Positions 1-12,360 of a stretch of DNA of 64,000 nucleotides are shown here, one piece after another. Source of the stretch: Chiloscyllium plagiosum. Lineage: Eukaryota. The position numbers and the translations under genes were made by a program. The stretch is taken from positions 94,302,617 to 94,366,616 of the forward strand of contig NC_057718.1 in assembly GCF_004010195.1 (NCBI RefSeq), given 5' to 3'. The notes beneath the pieces were generated by a model. It was not told the DNA's origin. It saw only the letters and a list, made by a program, of their open reading frames with translations, and searched no databases. Positions within the stretch are counted from its first letter, which is position 1, and every line of letters starts with the position of its first letter.

Positions 1-404
1 ATTGGATGGGGAAGAAGGAAGATGGGCAGGTCATGAGGGCGGTGCCATGTTGGAGGGTTGAATCTGGGATGAGGTGGGAGGGGAGGGGAGAATTGGAAAC
101 TAGACAAATTTACGTTGATGCTATGTGATTGAAAGGTCCCAAAGTGTAAGATGAGGCATTCTTTCTCCAGTTGGTGGTTGGCTTTGAATTGGTGGTGGAG
201 GAGGCCCAAGATTTTAATGTCCTTGGGGGATTGGGAGGGGGAGTTGAAGTGGTCGGCCAGAGGGCAGTGGGATTATTTGGTGCGTGTGTCCCTGAAAAAC
301 TCCACAAGTTGACATCCTGTCTTTCCCAATGTAAAGAAGACCACATCGAGAGCAAAGGACGCAGTAGATGAGGTGGATGGATGTACAGGAAAATCTCTGC
401 CAGA
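1..404 (-). mobile_element. Penelope-like element, 5' ORF-region fragment
   Basis: Similar to 25130-25415 and 45220-45385, which are contiguous with Penelope termini. Confidence 0.65.
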
Positions 405-1090
405 TTGGCGGAATACAGGGTTAATGGTTAATGGTAGGGTTCTTAGTCAGGTGGAGGAACAGAGGGATCTTGGGGTCTATGTACATAGATCTTTGAAGGT
501 TGCCACTCAGGTGGATAGAGTTTGTAAGAAGGCCTATGGAGTATTATCGTTCATTAGCAGAGGGATTGAATTCAAGAGTCGTGAAGTGATGTTGCAGCTG
601 TACAGGACTTTGGTTAGGCCACAGTTGGAGTACTGTGTGGAGTTCTGGTCGCCTCACTTTAGGAAAGATGTGGGAGCTTTGGAGAGGTTGCAGAGAAGAT
701 TTACCAGGATGTTGCCTGGAATGGAGAGGAAGTCGTACGAGGATCGGTTGAGAGTTCTCGGCCTTTTCTCGTTGGAACGGCGAAGGATGAGGGGTGACTT
801 GATAGAGGTTTATAAGATGATCAGAGGAATAGGTAGAGTAGACAGTCAGAAACTTTTTCCCCGGGCACAACCGAGTGTTACAAGGGGACATAAATTTACG
901 GTGAAGGGTGGAAGGTATAGGGGAGATGTCAGGGGTGGGTTCTTTACCCAGAGAGTGGTGGGGGCATGGAATGCGCTGCCTGTGGGAGTGGTACATGGAT
1001 GGGTGCTTAAGCTCGGACAAATGTTTGGCACAACATCGTGGGCCGAAGGGCCTGTTCTGTGCTGTATTGTTCTATGTTCTATGTTCTATG
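405..1090 (+). mobile_element. Young CR1/HER1 LINE 3' fragment (ORF2 C-terminus + 3' UTR)
   Basis: RDLGV...LYRTLVRPQLEYCVEFWSP...LERRRMRGDLIEVYK...FFTQRVVGAWNALP; internal deletion near 991; (TTCTATG)n tail. Confidence 0.95.
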
Positions 1091-1352
1091 AAAGGTTGAA
1101 GATCTTCTTCACCCAGAGGGTTGTTAATCTATGGAATTACTTGCCCGGGGAAGTAGTCAATGTTACTTCAGTAATCGCTTTTAAAACTAAGGTAGATACT
1201 TTCTTGAAAAATAAAGGAATTAAGAGATATGGTGAAAACGGGGGGAAGTGGAGCTGAGTTCACGAAAAGATTAGTCATGATCATATTGAATGGCGGAGCA
1301 GGCTCGAAGGGCCGGATGGCCTATTCTTGCTCCTAGATCTTATGTTCTTATG
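1091..1352 (+). mobile_element. CR1 LINE 3' end, second subfamily
   Basis: FFTQRVVNLWNYLP; tail TCTTATGTTCTTATG. Confidence 0.85.
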
Positions 1353-2108
1353 AAGTACATGCTCATCCTTGTTTCAGTTGACATGGAATTGCCTAAATTG
1401 GAGACAGATCCAAGAAAGTACCTTTGCACGTCTTGTTGAATAAGCTCAGTCAGCTCAGTCAAAACAAAACATACCTAAGGTCTAGGCAACTAAAAACAAA
1501 GTCCTTGAAGAATATAGAAAAAGTAGGAAGGAATTCAAATGGGGAGTCAGGAGAGCATCAAAATGTTCTGTTCTGCCACTGGAGTCTTTCTTTAGCAATC
1601 CCAGGTAAGCTCTCCATCGCCAATGGACTGGCCTCGTTGACCAACTTGGTTAATGCAGAAATTGGCCATTTCTCTGCCTAATCGGGTTGGCATCTGCTGC
1701 TCCGTGGTGAAACTTGTGTAGGAGTATGGTTCATGCCTTCTCACTGTAGTTTTGAGAGAACACCACTACTCCTCCCCCAACCCCCGCCCCATTAAGGTGC
1801 TGGAAATGAAGCTCTCCCCCCATCTTTCTAGATAAACTCAAACGCCTCTCTCGGCATCTGTCCTACAGACTCTTACATAACAAAAACTATCGACACCTGT
1901 GTCACAAGTGAGAAAAAAAGAGTTGTGGTAATTGTCACCTGAGTGAAATTATGACCAGTTCTATATATTCAGAACCTTTCTATTATTACAGAATTCATTC
2001 ACACAGTGAGTTAATGAATTATCTTTGTTGCCAAAGACTTTTTTTTAACTTTCCTTTCTAGAAGTATTGTACCGTTGCTCTTAAGTGGGTTTCATAGATT
2101 CCACTGAG

Positions 2109-2398
2109 ACTGTTTCCTAGGGCAGAAATGACTAACACGAGGGGTCATAGTTTTAAGCTGGTTGGAGGAAAGTATAGAGGGGATGTCAGAGGCGGGTTCT
2201 TTACACAGAGAGTTGTGAGAGCATGGAATGCATTGCCAGCAGCAGTTGTGGAAGCAAGGTCATTGGGGACATTTAAGAGACTACTGGACATGCATATGGT
2301 CACAGAAATTTGAGGGTGCATACATGAGGATCAGTGGTCAGCACAACATCGTGGGCTGAAGGGCCTGTTCTGTGCTGTACTGTTCTATGTTCTATGTT
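2109..2398 (+). mobile_element. CR1/HER1 LINE 3' end
   Basis: TRGHSFKL...FFTQRVVRAWNALP; same 3' UTR and tail as 1030-1090. Confidence 0.9.
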
Positions 2399-2399
2399 C

Positions 2400-2725
2400 A
2401 CTGTCCTTTTGGTACCTAATGGAGCTGTTATTCATACCATTGTTCACATCTTTTCAGTCAATAGTATTCACACACCTTTCCCTAATCTTAACATTCCTCA
2501 TGTCCCTGTCTTTGGTGAATACTGATGTAAAGTACTCATTTAGGGTCTCATCCATTTTCTCTGGCTTCAAACACATCTCTCCTTTATCCTTGAGTGGACC
2601 TACTCTTTCCCTACTACTCTCTTGCTCTTAATATATGCACAAAATGCCTTGGGATTTTCCTTAGACCTACTAGCAAATTGCATTCTATAGCTGGTTTTTG
2701 CCCTCTTAACTCTCCACTTAAACTC
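2400..2725 (-). mobile_element. CR1 ORF2 internal fragment
   Basis: KENPKAFCAYIKSKRV motif on minus strand. Confidence 0.75.
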
Positions 2726-2729
2726 CACT

Positions 2730-3155
2730 TGTAGACGAGATGCATTGGAGGGCATCTTTAACCACGTGGGAAGGGAAATTGTGGTCTCTAAAGAAGGAGG
2801 CCATCTGGTGTGTTCGATGGTGGAACTGATCCTCCTGGGAGCAGATACGGTGGAGGTGGAGGAATTGGGAATACGGGATGGCATTTTTGCAAGAGGTAGG
2901 GTGGGAAGAGGTGTAATCCAGGTAGCTGTGGGAGTCGGTGGGTTTGTAAAAAATGTCAGTGTCAAGTCGGTCGTCATTAATGGAGATGGAGAGGTCCAGG
3001 AAGGGGAGGGAGGTGTCGAGATGGTCCAGGTAAATTTAAGGTCAGGGTGGAATGTGTTGGTGAAGTTGATGAATTGCTCAACCTCCTCGCGGGAGCACGA
3101 GGTGGCGCCAATGCAGTCATCAATGTAGCGGAGGAAGAGGTGGGAAGTGGTGCAA
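2730..3155 (-). mobile_element. Penelope-like reverse transcriptase fragment (frameshifted)
   Basis: Minus strand reads HLFLRYIDDCIGAT...FINFTNTFHPDLKFT and YKPTDSHSYLDYTSSHP..CKNAIPYSQFL..ICS, typical PLE RT catalytic/thumb motifs. Confidence 0.9.
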
Positions 3156-3179
3156 GAAGATCAACTGTGACCTTAAATT

Positions 3180-3258
3180 TACCTACATTTACCCCTTCAC
3201 CTAACACTACGGGCGCTGTGAGGCAGCAGTGCTAACCACTGTGCCACTGTGCTGCCCA
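3180..3258 (-). mobile_element. HE1 SINE, internally deleted fragment
   Basis: GCTGTGAGGCAGCAGTGCTAACCACTG matches reverse complement of the HE1 5' end. Confidence 0.75.
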
Positions 3259-3389
3259 CATGGATGATGGACCCATCCACTGTAGTGCTTCTAGGATATC
3301 TTCTTTTATCCTCAGTCGAGGAATCCCACCCTCCCACTACCCACCCTGATTAACAGGGAACTCCACTATGTCTCTTCTGCTCTTATCCT

Positions 3390-4650
3390 CCTGGAGCCAT
3401 GATAGGATTCCCTTTGTTCCCTCCCCACCAGCTTCAATATCGAATGGATCATTTTCCACCGTTGTTGCTACTTGTCATGATGCTGCCATCAAACATATCT
3501 TCCCCTTCCCTCTCCTTTCTGAGTGTGTACCATTGGTGCTAATCTGAGTCTACCTCCTCTGTCCCTCCTAATACTCTGTTCCATTCCTGACACCTTCCCA
3601 CGCAAACACAGGAGACGCAACACCTGCTTTTTCGCCTCTGTTCCCGTCACCTTCCAAGGCCCCAAATGCTCTTTCCAGGTTAAGCAGTGACACACCAGCA
3701 CTCCTTACAATTTAGCCCATTGTACTCACCACTCACAATGTGATTTCCTCACCACTGGGGAGACTAAAGAGGGTGACCGGTTGGCAGAAAGCCTCCTTTC
3801 CATCCATAAGCCTGACCCTCAGCTCCAGATGGCTTGTCCTTTGAATTCCCCACCTTGTACTTGTTATGCAGGCAACCCAGACCATAACTTTGCAATTTGT
3901 TTTGGTAAGTATACAGTGAGAATTACCCGGAGCAAGTTAGCTAGGTTGACTACTAGGTTTTAAAACAGACAGAAAGTTATTTACAAAATTACACAATGAA
4001 ACACAAAGAACGGAACAAAGAACTCAGTCTATCCAAACTAGACTTAATGATACTTTCTGAATATACACAACAGTCCCAATAAGCAAACCCCCTTAAAACA
4101 CAGTTTAATAAATGGAACAGATGCTTACAGGTTGAAGTTAGAAGGACAGAAAGAAAGAGAGAGAGAGTTTCCACACAGCTTACTGTTGAACTCCCAACTG
4201 GTTCTGGACTGAACTGTTCAGCTAGAGAGTTGACCACTCCCTTTTCATGATACAGGTCACTTTGAAAGCATGACCACTTTGGTCTGGAATTTCATCTATT
4301 TACAGAAAACAAAAAGGCCTCTCAATACCCTCTAATGTCTGTACCAAACCAGTCTAATCGGCACCTGGAGCGTTTATGACCCCTCTGAAACACACCAAGG
4401 AAATTGTATCCTTGAGAAAAGGAACAGCTTTTAGAGCAAAAAGGAACTCAGCTTTGTGACACTCTCACACTGACATCTCTGCCTACGGCCAGCCTGCTCT
4501 GTTCCAGTCAGGCTGCATGTCAGCTTCAGGAGCAGCAAGCACATCTTTCAACTGGACACTTTGCAGCCTTCTGGACTCAACATTGAGTTCAAACTCATCC
4601 CCATTTTGCTTCCTCGCTTCAGTTGCTTTCCTCTCAGACTGCAGCAAACC
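3390..4650 (+). mobile_element. Decayed Penelope-like linker + GIY-YIG endonuclease, interrupted by an LTR
   Basis: DRIP..., SQCDFLTTGETK...DRLAESL, and after the LTR HIFQLDTLQPSGLNIEF (PLE C-terminus). Confidence 0.7.
3862..4461 (-). mobile_element. Solo LTR
   Basis: 600 bp bounded by TGTTA...TGACA, splits the PLE coding remnant; TSD not clean; orientation inferred. Confidence 0.6.
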
Positions 4651-4669
4651 TGCAGTCATAGTCATAGAG

Positions 4670-5590
4670 ATGAGACTTTGTCTGTTTACCGTATCCATGC
4701 CCCTCACAATTTTATAAACCTCTATAAGGTCACCCCTCAGCCTCCGACGCTCCAGGGAAAACAGCCCCAGCCTGTTCAGCTCTCCCTATAGCTCAAATCC
4801 TCCAACCCTGGTAACGTCCTTGTAAATCTTTTCTGAACCCTTTCAAGTTTCACAACATCTTTCCGATAGGAAGGAGGCCAGAATTGAATTTTTCTCACTT
4901 TGTCTTTTTTCTTGCTCCATTTTGTTATAACCAGGGGAGTGGGTCGGATGGTGGGGGTTTGCCCAATGTTCTGTCATGATGCTGCCATCAAACATATCAG
5001 TTTCTCCTTTGTTTCACCCTGTCAAAGACCTTCTTTTTGTCCTTGTCCCACTCACCTTTCACTCCAAGCCTCTTGTATTTCCAATATTTCCCAAATGCAA
5101 AGAACAATTTCTGACCCTGAAACATTATTTCTGTTTCACTCTCTCCCTGGGTGCTGCCTGACCTGCTGAACATTCCCAACATTTTATAGAGTCATAGAGA
5201 CGTACAGCATGGAAACAGACCCTTCGGTCCAACTCGTCCATGCTGACCAGATATCCTAAATGAATCTAGACCCATTTGCCAGCATTTGGCCCAGGTACCA
5301 TCCAGATGCCTTATAAATGTTGTAATTATACCAGCCTCCACCAACTCTTCTGGCAGCTCATTCCAAAAGCACACCACCCTCTGCTTGAAAAGTTGCCCCT
5401 CAGCATCCTTTAAAATCTTAACTCTCTCACCTTAAACCTATACCTAGTTTTAGACTCCCCTATCCTGGGGAAAAGACCTTAGTTATTCACCCTATCCATA
5501 TCCCTCATGATTTTATAAACCTCTATAAGGTCACTCCTCAGCCTCTGAAGCTGTAGGGAAAACAGCCCCAGCCTGTTCAGCCTCTCCCTG
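4670..5590 (-). mobile_element. Two CR1/HER1 fragments (4670-4886, 5190-5590) with a PLE-derived segment between
   Basis: Reverse complements of CR1 ORF2 3' region (WNELPEE..., TCATAGAG tail); degenerate PLE terminus at ~5100-5185. Confidence 0.8.
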
Positions 5591-6004
5591 TTTTTCTGTT
5601 TCAGTCTTTCACTTCAGATTTCCAGAATCTGTACTATCCAGTATTTTGAAAGCTTGTTTTCCCATTGGCCACCCGATTTTTTACAATGTGACAGGACGGT
5701 CTAAATCAAAGCTTAATGAGAAGTTCATTACCATCCAACTATTTGGAACAACTCACCTGGTGACGGGAGGCTTAGGTACGAAAGGTGTAATAACGCCAAG
5801 TTGACCCACCTCTGAAGTGGGATAGTGCTATTTTCAGGTCAGATTGACCTGTACTGAGGTAACCTGTTGGTGCAAGTGTTTGGTGCTTCTATCATTACAC
5901 CGAAAGCACCAGTAAAGTTGTTACCCCAAACTATCATTTCGATGAGAGAAAAAAGCACATATCCGAATGGATTTGTACGCCAGCCATTATTACTGCTGCT
6001 AGAG

Positions 6005-6128
6005 ACAAAAAAACCTGCATATACTGGAATCCAAAATAAACAGGCAGGAGGCTGGAAGAACACAGCAAGCCAGGCAGCATCAGGAGGTGGAGAAGTCAAC
6101 GTTTCAGGTGTAACCCTTCTTCAGGACT
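6005..6128 (-). mobile_element. Penelope terminal-repeat fragment with minimal hammerhead motif
   Basis: Minus: AGUC-CUGAAGA-A-GGGU uac ACCU-GAAAC-GUU-GACU (6094-6128). Confidence 0.8.
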
Positions 6129-6579
6129 CATTATTGGTGATGGTGCAAGCAGCGAAGCCTGCCAGGAAATCCTGGTATGCCACACTAGTCAGTTTTAGAG
6201 ACTCATATGCATTTAGAGAGTGAAGCAGGCCATTTGGCCCATCGTGTCCCAGAGCCTGGGACACTGCAAGTGAACATCTAAATGCTGCGGTCGTTTCTGA
6301 CTCAACCACCCTTTCAGACAGTGAGTTCTAGGCACATGTTGGCTCTACCCTGTGTGTCCACCCACACCTCGCCCCATGCCTGGGTTGAGCCCTGACACCT
6401 CTGAGGGACACCTTCCTAGAAATCAGCTGGGAATTCCCTAACACGGAATGTGCCGTGGGATACAGGAGGCCCATGCAACTACCATTTAAACAGTCCACCG
6501 CCACCAAATTCAAGGTTGGCTGGACATTATTTACTGCCAAGTGAGTCATTGATGAGCCGAATTGGAGATCCCGGGATTC

Positions 6580-7140
6580 ACCATGAAGAGAGATTGGATC
6601 AGTTAGGACTATGAGGTAAAAACAATGACTGCAGATGCTGGAAACCAGATTCTGGATTAGAGTGGTGCCGGAAAAGCACAGCAGTTCAGGCAGCATCCGA
6701 GGAGTAGGAAAATCGACGTTTCGGGTAAAAACCCTTCATCAGTTCGGACTACGTTCACTGGAGTTCATGAGGGAACATCTCATAACAACCAAAACAATTC
6801 TAACAGGGCTAGATAGGATAAACCCCAGGAAGGATGTTCTAAATAAGTGGGGAGTCACAGCGTAAGGACATGGGGTAGGCCATTTAGGACTGAGATGAGG
6901 AGAAATTTCTTTGCCCAGGGAGTGGTGAGCCTGTGGAATTCTCTGCCACAGAGAGCAATGGAAACCAGAGTACTGAATGGTTTCAAGAAGGGGTTGGAAA
7001 TTGTTCTTAGGGCTAAAGGGATCAAAGGGTATGGGGAGAAAGCAGGAACAAGGGACTCAGTCAGATGATCAGCCATGATCATATTAAATGACAGAGCAGG
7101 CTCGAGGGGACGAATGGTTTGCTTATTTTCTTTGTTTCTG
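6580..7140 (+). mobile_element. CR1 LINE 3' fragment
   Basis: FRTEMRRNFFAQGVVSLWNSLP. Confidence 0.85.
6614..6742 (-). mobile_element. Penelope terminal-repeat insertion with hammerhead core, inside a CR1
   Basis: Minus: CUGAUGA-A-GGGU uuuu ACCC-GAAAC-GUC; imperfect duplication ATCAGTT(A/C)GGACTA(T/C)G at 6598-6613 and 6738-6753. Confidence 0.85.
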
Positions 7141-8207
7141 AGTTTATCATGTAAGTGCCCCCCTACCACCCCCCACACCTCTTGGTCTGAGGATTGCAAT
7201 GGATTTGTCCATCAGGCTGATGCACAACCCTTTTAACAATGAGCTGGGCCTGTTGCCTGAAACAGACTGGATTAAATTCTGCTCATTTGTCTTGGATTCT
7301 GTGGCACTGTGTGGTTAAATATGGGCAGCAGAGAAAACCTGCAATCTGTTTCTTTTAACCAGCAGCCCCCTTTGTCATTTTGCAGGACATTGGAACTTCA
7401 GTTAAAGCTGATTATTTTTCTTTTCCAAATAAATCACTTTAATTGTGTTGTGCCTTACTGACTAATCTGCAACTTGTTAAAGACAGATGCCATACCACTT
7501 AAAAAAGACAAGTGCCACCGGATCCAAAACAAATCAGGCACAACACAGATTTTGAAAAATGTGTTTTCATATGTTATCTTTTTTTACTTCGGACGGAAAG
7601 CGTATTGATAAGATTGGATCAGCACTGGGAATTATGCCAAATGCTTGACATCAAATATTTAGATGGAATTTTGCTAATGTAATTCAAACAGGAAGCATTG
7701 CTTCTTCACAATGGGAAATAAAAAGTTGAACTGACTTGAACAGAATGGCAGAGATCATGATTTTGTTTTGAAGATGTGGCAGCCTTACAAGGGCACACAA
7801 GGTTTATGAGCCCAGTTCATATGAACACTGACAACACAAGGGTCAAATTCTAACTGATGGAAAAATACTTGTGACATGTCAAGATGAAGAGCTTCACCAA
7901 AGATTGATCAGCACAAACTTGACATTTTGCATCCAACTCCACCCAACTCCAGTTGACACCTCTACAAAGGAGAAAATGGGACTGATATATTCTTATTCCA
8001 ATGTCACAGCACAATATTTATTCTAATCCTGCAGCCCCAGTTGTTATCAGGGATTGTCCAGTTTGATATTAATTCTGGACAAGTCAGGTTCCTGACAAGA
8101 ACTAGGTTAGATATATGTATTTTCTTTTTTAACTATTTCAGTAAAATACAAGTACATAACATTATTGTCTTTCTCTAAAGAATAAACCAAAACACAAATA
8201 TAGTGAT

Positions 8208-8430
8208 TGAAATGGGTTCAGCCAGGTGGACCTTCATAGAATCTCAGTTCCCTGATTGGGGCTGTTAATCTGGTCCAATCAGGGGGCCCTGGCTGACAGA
8301 TATAAGCAAGAGTGTCAGGGTCTGCTCACTCCGAGAGGTGAGGAAGCCAAACAAGTGTCAAGTATGACTATTCATGTGTAAATAAAGGTGGCTTGGTGAT
8401 GGGATGCTGGCCCTCTGTAGAGTTATTTCA
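8208..8430 (+). mobile_element. Short (223 bp) solo-LTR-like element
   Basis: TGAAAT...ATTTCA inverted ends, TATA-like GATATAAG, AATAAA; related copy at ~10290-10414. Confidence 0.6.
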
Positions 8431-8791
8431 ACAAGTTTACCAATTACAGAAATAAAGATAAACAAGAGTAAAAACCATTCTGCATCACTATTTTAAGACT
8501 TCAAATGTAGTAGAAATTGAACATTATTCAAAGATTTTAAGTGTAATAGAAATAACCTAACCATGGTACAGCTTACACACATTGTTCCAGTTCTAAGAAC
8601 ATCCTGTACTATGCACCTAGCAAGATCCAGGCCAGCTCATTTCCAAGAGACAGATTTTTCTTTTTGCTTTAAATGTTTAAATTTCAGGTTATCTGCTGAC
8701 TATAGATAACTCTTATTAAATTCGTATTATGCTCCTGACTTAGTTTTTTTCCAGAGCTGCTCAGTCCGTGATGCAGATCCTTTCATTTTGT

Positions 8792-9115
8792 GGGTGGCAT
8801 GGTGGCTCAGTGGCTAGCACTGCTGCCTCACAGTGCCAGGGACCTGGGTTCGATTCCAGTCCTGGGTGACTGTGTGGAGTTTGCACGTTCTCCCTGTGTC
8901 TGCATGGGTTTTCACCAGGTGCTCCGGTTTCCTCCCACACTCCAAAGATGTGCAGGTTAGGTGTACTGGCCATGTTAAATTGCACATACTGATAAGTGCA
9001 TTAGTCAGGGGTAAATGTAGGGGTATGGATCTGGGTGGGTTACTCTTCGGAGGACCCTTGTGGACTTGTTGGGTCAAAGAGCGTGTTTCCCTACTGTAGA
9101 GAGTCCAATCTAATC
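8792..9115 (+). mobile_element. HE1 SINE, full length
   Basis: A box TGGCTCAGTGG, B box GGTTCGATTCC, core GTGTGGAGTTTGCAC, LINE-like 3' end, AATCT tail. Confidence 0.9.
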
Positions 9116-10289
9116 TTAAACATTAAACATTAATCTTTATCTTCTGGACAAACCCTCCAAGAGCATTCTCTGAAACCCAACCCCAATCCATCTAACTTGC
9201 ACATCTTTGGACTGTGGGAGAAAACAGGAGCACTCAGAGAAAACCTACACAGAAACAGGGAGGATGTGCAAACTCCACACAAACATCCAAGATATTCTTT
9301 GGAGGGTTAGTGCAGATTTGATGGGCCAAATGGCCTCTTTCTGGGATTCTAATTTATTCATCTTTGTACACAGAAAGGGCACATGACACACACTTCTTCA
9401 TCAGGGTTTCCAATAATTGTCATTTCTAATTTAGGACACAAACCCAGGACCCTGGTGCTGAGAGGCAGCAGTGCTAACCACAGTGCCACCATACCATCGA
9501 ATACAATTGACAACAGCTGAATGCTCATAATTCTTCCCAGTAACATATTTCTTGTAACTTTAGGCCTGTTTAAAATTTGGAATCTGCAAGCTGGGGTTGC
9601 AATCCCGCCCAATTCACTGCAACTTCTGTTCAAGGAAGAGGGTTTTGCTTGATGTTGGCAGACTGAGAAATCTGATGGGATTGACAGCAATGTTCTCTCT
9701 GAACAATGCAGCCACACACTGGAGAAAGAGCATTAGGCGTCACCCTTTTGTGAATAAACATACAGAGACTGGCAATAAATGCTGGCCAGCCAGCAACACC
9801 CACATCCCACAAAAAAATTTTTAAAAATGAATCTTTACCTCTGGTGAAGTGTGCAACAAATAAAAAAATCATGGACTCTCACGCGCACAAGATCAGTGTA
9901 AGACACAACAATGCCTGTACACTAGGCCTTATCACAATGCATTCACATTACCTTTGGCCTCAGTGGTCTCCCTATTAAAGTGGCTTTCCTCATGAATGTA
10001 AGGGTGAGGGGTTTCTGTCTGGATATCGCAGAGAATACTGGGGTTTGGAGGAATCTATGGAGATAAGGAAGGGTCAGATCATGCAGAGATGTGTATATAA
10101 CAAGAATGTAAAATCACGATGTTTTATTTGGAGGCAATGTTGCTCAGTGAACACAGGGGTAATTCATGATTTGACTTGGTACAGGTTAAAACACTGAATG
10201 ACATGAGTTTATGGATGGTATAATGTGAGGTACCACTGTGAGTGGGATTCAGTAATCAAGAAGCAATGAGGATGTAGTGATTGTCACAA

Positions 10290-10414
10290 GGGAGGGATCC
10301 CTGGCTGAGAAATATAAATGGGAGAGTCAGGGGTTCTGCTGGCTCTGAGCCAGGTCAGTGACATGTGTAAATAAAGGGTGACTTGGTGACAGGATACTGG
10401 CCTTTGATATTTCA
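10290..10414 (+). mobile_element. Partial copy of the short LTR-like element
   Basis: CCCTGGCTGA..TATAAA..GTGTAAATAAAGGGTGACTTGGTGA..ATTTCA aligns with 8287-8430. Confidence 0.6.
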
Positions 10415-11369
10415 GAGGGGTTTCTGCACAAGGATGATTGATTCCCAATTATTTCTGATAACAGTTAAAGATGGAACTGAATTAAAGTCATAGAATCATA
10501 CAGCAGATAAACAGGGCCACCATGTCTATGCCAACCAACAAGCATCAAATTGTATTGATCCTATTTATTTGCAGTTGCCTCCTACACCCTGGCATTTAAT
10601 TATTTAATCACCTGTGTTCAGAACTTATCAATCCTGTTTGCTGCACTTACAACATTTTAAAATTTATAATAACTTATTGTGGCTCAAAATTAAATTTTAT
10701 CTGAATACTATTCCTGTGAAGTGCCTTGGAATGTTTCACTATCTTCAAGGTGCAGTATAAATGTTGATGTAATTCAACATGCACAGACCTTATGATCTAG
10801 ACTCACCTTGATTGGCTGATGTCACTTTTCAAATTCTTCTGAGAAATGCTTTCATCTGAAATAAATCTGATTGAATGTCGTTTCACCTCCACTTGAACAT
10901 GAAGCCTCATTTGGGATGGATTTAGCTTGAGCACGGGACATACCTGGGTGGGTTCAAACAATTGCACGTGATCGGGGTCCTGCATCTTTCTGATTTGATT
11001 ATTGCAAGATTAGACCAGATGGGAGATAATTACTGCATTGTGCCAAAGCAGCTTTGCAAGCTAATCAAACAATTATGGATAAACCTCAATCATCTTCCAC
11101 TTGCTTATGATAGTGGTCGGGAATCTGAATGTAATACTATGTATTTATTAATCATTCTGAATCCTTGTTAAGAAGCAATTGTTTGACTGACCTGGTTCAT
11201 ATTTTAATTCTCTTAAAACGAGCTGTAGACCCAATAACACGTACAGGTGAACATGTTATGAAATGAGATAGCGCCACTTTATGACTATGTAATCATGTAA
11301 GATAGTTCAATTGTTCTGGGTTTTATTTTAAAATTTGCAGAGAACTCCATGAATGGTTTTAACTCAAGT

Positions 11370-12360
11370 TATAGAATCATAGAGTCATGCACCAAGGAAA
11401 CAGATTCTTTGATCCATCCATTCCATGCTGACCGTAATCCCAAACTAAACTAGTCCCATCTGCTCAGTGTAGCCCATATCTTTCCAAACATCTCTTATTC
11501 ATGTACTTATCTAAATGTCTTTTAAATGACATAACTAAACCTGTATCCACCACTTCCTCTGGAAGTTTAATCATGAACAACTCTTTGTATAGAAAAATTG
11601 CCTCACGTTTATTTTTAAATCTTTCGCCTTTCACCTTAAAAACATGTCTCCTCATCTTGAAATCCCTAGCTCTAAGAAAAAGACGCCTGCTATTCACCTT
11701 ATCTATACCCCTCATCATTTTATAAACTAATTAGAATCTCTAATTGCTAATTAGAATCTCTCTAGACAATGTTGAGTTTTGATAAGACCATAAGATGTAG
11801 CAGTAGAAGTAGACCATTGAATTTGCTCCTGCGTTCAATGAGATCCTGGCTGAGCTGATGATCCTTAAATCTACTTTCCTGCTTGATCCCATGACTCTTC
11901 ATTCCCTTTCTGATTAAAAACCTGTCTGTTTCAGCCTTGAATATACTTAACAGCCCAGCCTCGACAGCCCAATGTGGTGAAGAATTCCACAGATTCATTA
12001 CCCTTTGAGAGAAGGGGTAATTAAAGGCCAATGCTTATCAAAGGTTGTTTTTCCCTGGATGAGGACATGGTGGCACAGTTCAAGAAAATGAGCCAATTCT
12101 TTAGCACTTAGGAGAGGAGAAAATTTATTCACTCAAAGAGTTGTGAATCTTTGGAATTCTTCATGTCAGAGAATTACGGATGTTCCATTATGGAATACAT
12201 TTCAGACTGGGATAGGCTAATGTTTGCTCTCCCAGTGAATAATGGGATATGGAGAATGGGCAGGAAGGAGGAGTTGAAGCTAATGATCAGTGATATTGAA
12301 TGGTGAAACAGGTTCGTGTTACTTTAGAGCTTAATCCTGCTTCTATTTCTTAATATCTTA
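11370..12360. mobile_element. Cluster of three CR1 3' fragments (11370-11727 -, 11787-12012 -, 12040-12360 +)
   Basis: RGIDKV..FKVKGERFK; SQRVMNLWNS; QRVVNLWNS motifs. Confidence 0.8.

Noticed and set aside
373..1257. 294-aa ORF as a host gene
   Set aside because: Chance read-through of two adjacent CR1 fragments.
8792..8865. tRNA genes at A/B-box sequences
   Set aside because: They are tRNA-derived SINE heads followed by SINE body.
11727..11761. Short duplication CTAATTAGAATCTCT x2
   Set aside because: Ordinary junction or slippage duplication between CR1 fragments.
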